From positions 1 to 45,777 of the forward strand of contig JACQHB010000005.1 of assembly GCA_016199215.1 (NCBI GenBank): a stretch of DNA of 45,777 nucleotides. Direction: 5' to 3'. The stretch comes from Candidatus Doudnabacteria bacterium (GTDB lineage Bacteria; Patescibacteriota; Doudnabacteria; UBA920; O2-02-FULL-48-8). How positions within the stretch are numbered: the stretch's first letter is position 1; the number at the start of each line of letters is the position of its first letter. Under the pieces are notes generated by a model that did no database searches, had not been told where the DNA came from, and saw nothing but the letters and a program-made list of their open reading frames with translations. The position numbers and the translations under genes were made by a program. Shown here piece after piece: positions 43,971-45,777 of the stretch.

Positions 43971-45389
43971 CTAATAATCCACCTTTGACTTACGGCCCAT
44001 TAGGATCAAGATTGTTTTGAAAATTATGTAAAAATCAAGCCAGATGGACCAGTTTTCGATATAGAAAGAATCAAGGCGGATTTCTTCTTCAAATGAAAGC
44101 TCCGGGTTATAAGCTTGGGTAATCTGGGTCAAGCCTGTTGCGCCTGGCTTAATGATAAAAATTTTCTTGTAATTATCCTGGAATTTTTCCACTTCTTTGA
44201 CCATATGGACCCTAGGGCCAACCAAACTCATCTGCCCCCGCAATATATGCCAAAGCTGGGGAAGCTCGTCGATCTTTGTCCGTCGAATAAATCTTCCCAC
44301 TTTGGTAACCCTCGGATCGTTTTTGATTTTTACAAACGGTCCTTGTCTGGAATTCTGTTTCTCAAGCTCGGCCCGAAGTCTATCCCCACTCTCCGTGCCC
44401 TCGCTCATCTCGTAAAACATTGACCGGAATTTGTAGCATTCAAAAGAGGCTAAGCGGGCGGCCCTTGGCTGATGGAAAAATATCGGCCCCTTTGATTCCA
44501 GTTTAATCGCAATAGCTGTAAGTAATATGATCGGACTTGAAAGAATTAATCCTAGAAGTGAAATAATCACATCCATCAGCCTTTTGATGGCTCTTCCCCA
44601 CCCTTCAAGCGGGGTTCCTTTCAAAACTATGATCGGCATCCCGGAAATCGTTTCGACGCTGACATTGGTGGTGGAAGTTTCAAAAAGGTTCGGGACAAAA
44701 TTGAACCGAATCCCATAATCGCGGCAAAACAGCAGAATCCGCGCGGCGATTTCCTGGTCCAAAAAAGGATCTGCCTGCAGCAGTTCATCTATCCCCGTAT
44801 TAATCCTCAACTCCTCCAACTTCCGAATCAGTTCCTGCGGATCCGTTTGGGAATCAAACAATCCCACCGCTCTGAATCCCGTCTCCGGACGGGACTTTAT
44901 TTGATAAACTAAATCTTCTTTCTTATCCTCACCCACGATTACCGCAAGCCTGTGCAATCCAATCCCTTGTCGCAGCATCTGTACCTGGACTATACGAAGG
45001 ACAATCCTTCCCAGGCTGATGAAAACAATAGTTAGAACCCAAGTCAACAAAATAATAAGCCTGGACGGAAAAACTGTTTGGTTGAAAAAAAACAAAACCA
45101 CCACCAGCAAAAGCGCAGAGGAGGTGGAAAGCGTGATCCTGGAAAGTTCGTGCACGATCCGACGGGTACCTTTGAGATTGTAAAGCCCGGCGATTGCCAG
45201 CAAGCAGATAATTATGGGGCTGACAAGAATCAAAATCCTTAAATAATCAGCAAACAGCAAATTGTAAAGTATTGGCCGGACTTCTTCCAATTCGAAGCGT
45301 AAATAAAAAGCGGCAGTGCCTGCCAGGATTATCATCAAAAAATCCACCACAATCGAGATTAAATTGAAGAGAAGTTCAGAGCGCTTCAT
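43971..45389 (-). CDS. Undecaprenyl-phosphate sugar phosphotransferase (WcaJ/WbaP family)
   Basis: KRLMDV, KFRSM, KNDPRVTKVGRFIR...DELPQLW..L.G.MSLVGPR. Confidence 0.94.
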   Translation of the reverse strand: MKRSELLFNLISIVVDFLMIILAGTAAFYLRFELEEVRPILYNLLFADYLRILILVSPIIICLLAIAGLYNLKGTRRIVHELSRITLSTSSALLLVVVLFFFNQTVFPSRLIILLTWVLTIVFISLGRIVLRIVQVQMLRQGIGLHRLAVIVGEDKKEDLVYQIKSRPETGFRAVGLFDSQTDPQELIRKLEELRINTGIDELLQADPFLDQEIAARILLFCRDYGIRFNFVPNLFETSTTNVSVETISGMPIIVLKGTPLEGWGRAIKRLMDVIISLLGLILSSPIILLTAIAIKLESKGPIFFHQPRAARLASFECYKFRSMFYEMSEGTESGDRLRAELEKQNSRQGPFVKIKNDPRVTKVGRFIRRTKIDELPQLWHILRGQMSLVGPRVHMVKEVEKFQDNYKKIFIIKPGATGLTQITQAYNPELSFEEEIRLDSFYIENWSIWLDFYIIFKTILILMGRKSKVDY

Positions 45390-45502
45390 CCCGTTAAAAA
45401 TTGATTACGCTTAAGAATATGCGTTATTAGCAAAAATCCCGTTTAAGACCATGCATCGCAGGCTTACGCTTTTTATTGAGAATTAGCTATTTCTAACGGG
45501 AT
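45388..45502. repeat. Inverted pair of family B motif, pair 3
   Basis: atcccgttaaaaat ... atttctaacgggat; left arm supplies the ATG. Confidence 0.8.
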
Positions 45503-45522
45503 TCATCCCTATCATTATAATC

Positions 45523-45556
45523 AAAAGACCCGCGTTTATCAACGCGGGTCTTTTTT
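45523..45556 (-). terminator. Intrinsic terminator after the RRM gene
   Basis: aaaagacccgcgtt-tatc-aacgcgggtctttt. Confidence 0.9.
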
Positions 45557-45566
45557 GATTCAAAAA

Positions 45567-45776
45567 TTATCGATCTCTGAATCCGCCTCGTCCACCACCA
45601 CCGCCGCCAAATCCTCGACCGCTCCCACCTCGTGGGCCTTCGGTTCTGGGTCTGGCTTCGTTGACAGCGAGCGTACGACCGCCAAAGTCAGTTCCGTTCA
45701 GCATTTGGACTGCCTTGTCTGCTTCCTCATCGGAAGACATCTCGACAAAACCAAAGCCTTTGGATCGTCCCGAAAA
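45567..45776 (-). CDS. RRM RNA-binding protein, C-terminal part (5' end outside window)
   Basis: [10 protein letters not shown] (RNP1), [18 protein letters not shown], Gly-rich tail; absent from the ORF track. Confidence 0.92.
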   Translation of the reverse strand, partial: FSGRSKGFGFVEMSSDEEADKAVQMLNGTDFGGRTLAVNEARPRTEGPRGGSGRGFGGGGGGRGGFRDR

Positions 45777-45777
45777 C

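Noticed and set aside
45590-45640. GGT/GGC triplet repeats
   Set aside because: Ordinary Gly-rich tail of the RRM protein.

Overview
45.8 kb of a small-genome bacterium, most likely Patescibacteria/CPR. That is inferred from the VirD4-like ATPase with its membrane partner, the sigma-R4/HTH fusion, the PaaX-like protein and SD-less core genes. The backbone is mostly minus-strand housekeeping: mnmA, secD/secF, secA, cls, maf, metK, msrA/msrB, hpf, murB/murC/murG, glycosyltransferases, a four-gene polyamine cluster, tRNA-Gln(CTG), and hppA on the plus strand. The non-coding structure is the unusual part. (1) Five copies of a 38-bp dyad-symmetric site bracket single genes like cassettes (methyltransferase, maf, and a wHTH/Cas2-like PaaX-family gene); one copy is itself a sigma70-like promoter for a leaderless PaaX-like mRNA. 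(2) A TrpR/YerC-like gene shows the same architecture with its own 34-bp palindrome. (3) A GIY-YIG gene sits between a 20-bp duplication of the tRNA-Gln 5' end. (4) Insertion or replacement scars leave old gene ends behind: a 21-codon maf remnant, a displaced secA 3' end, and a 1.2-kb foreign fragment at the tRNA 3' end. (5) A SAM-I riboswitch carries a palindromic element in P3. (6) Several MITE/REP-like families occur, some in frame inside proteins. (7) Paired TTTCTAACGGG motifs overlap start codons. (8) Six self-contained orphan expression units are interspersed. No CRISPR array, integrase or transposase was seen. All alignments were done by eye; no database searches were run.
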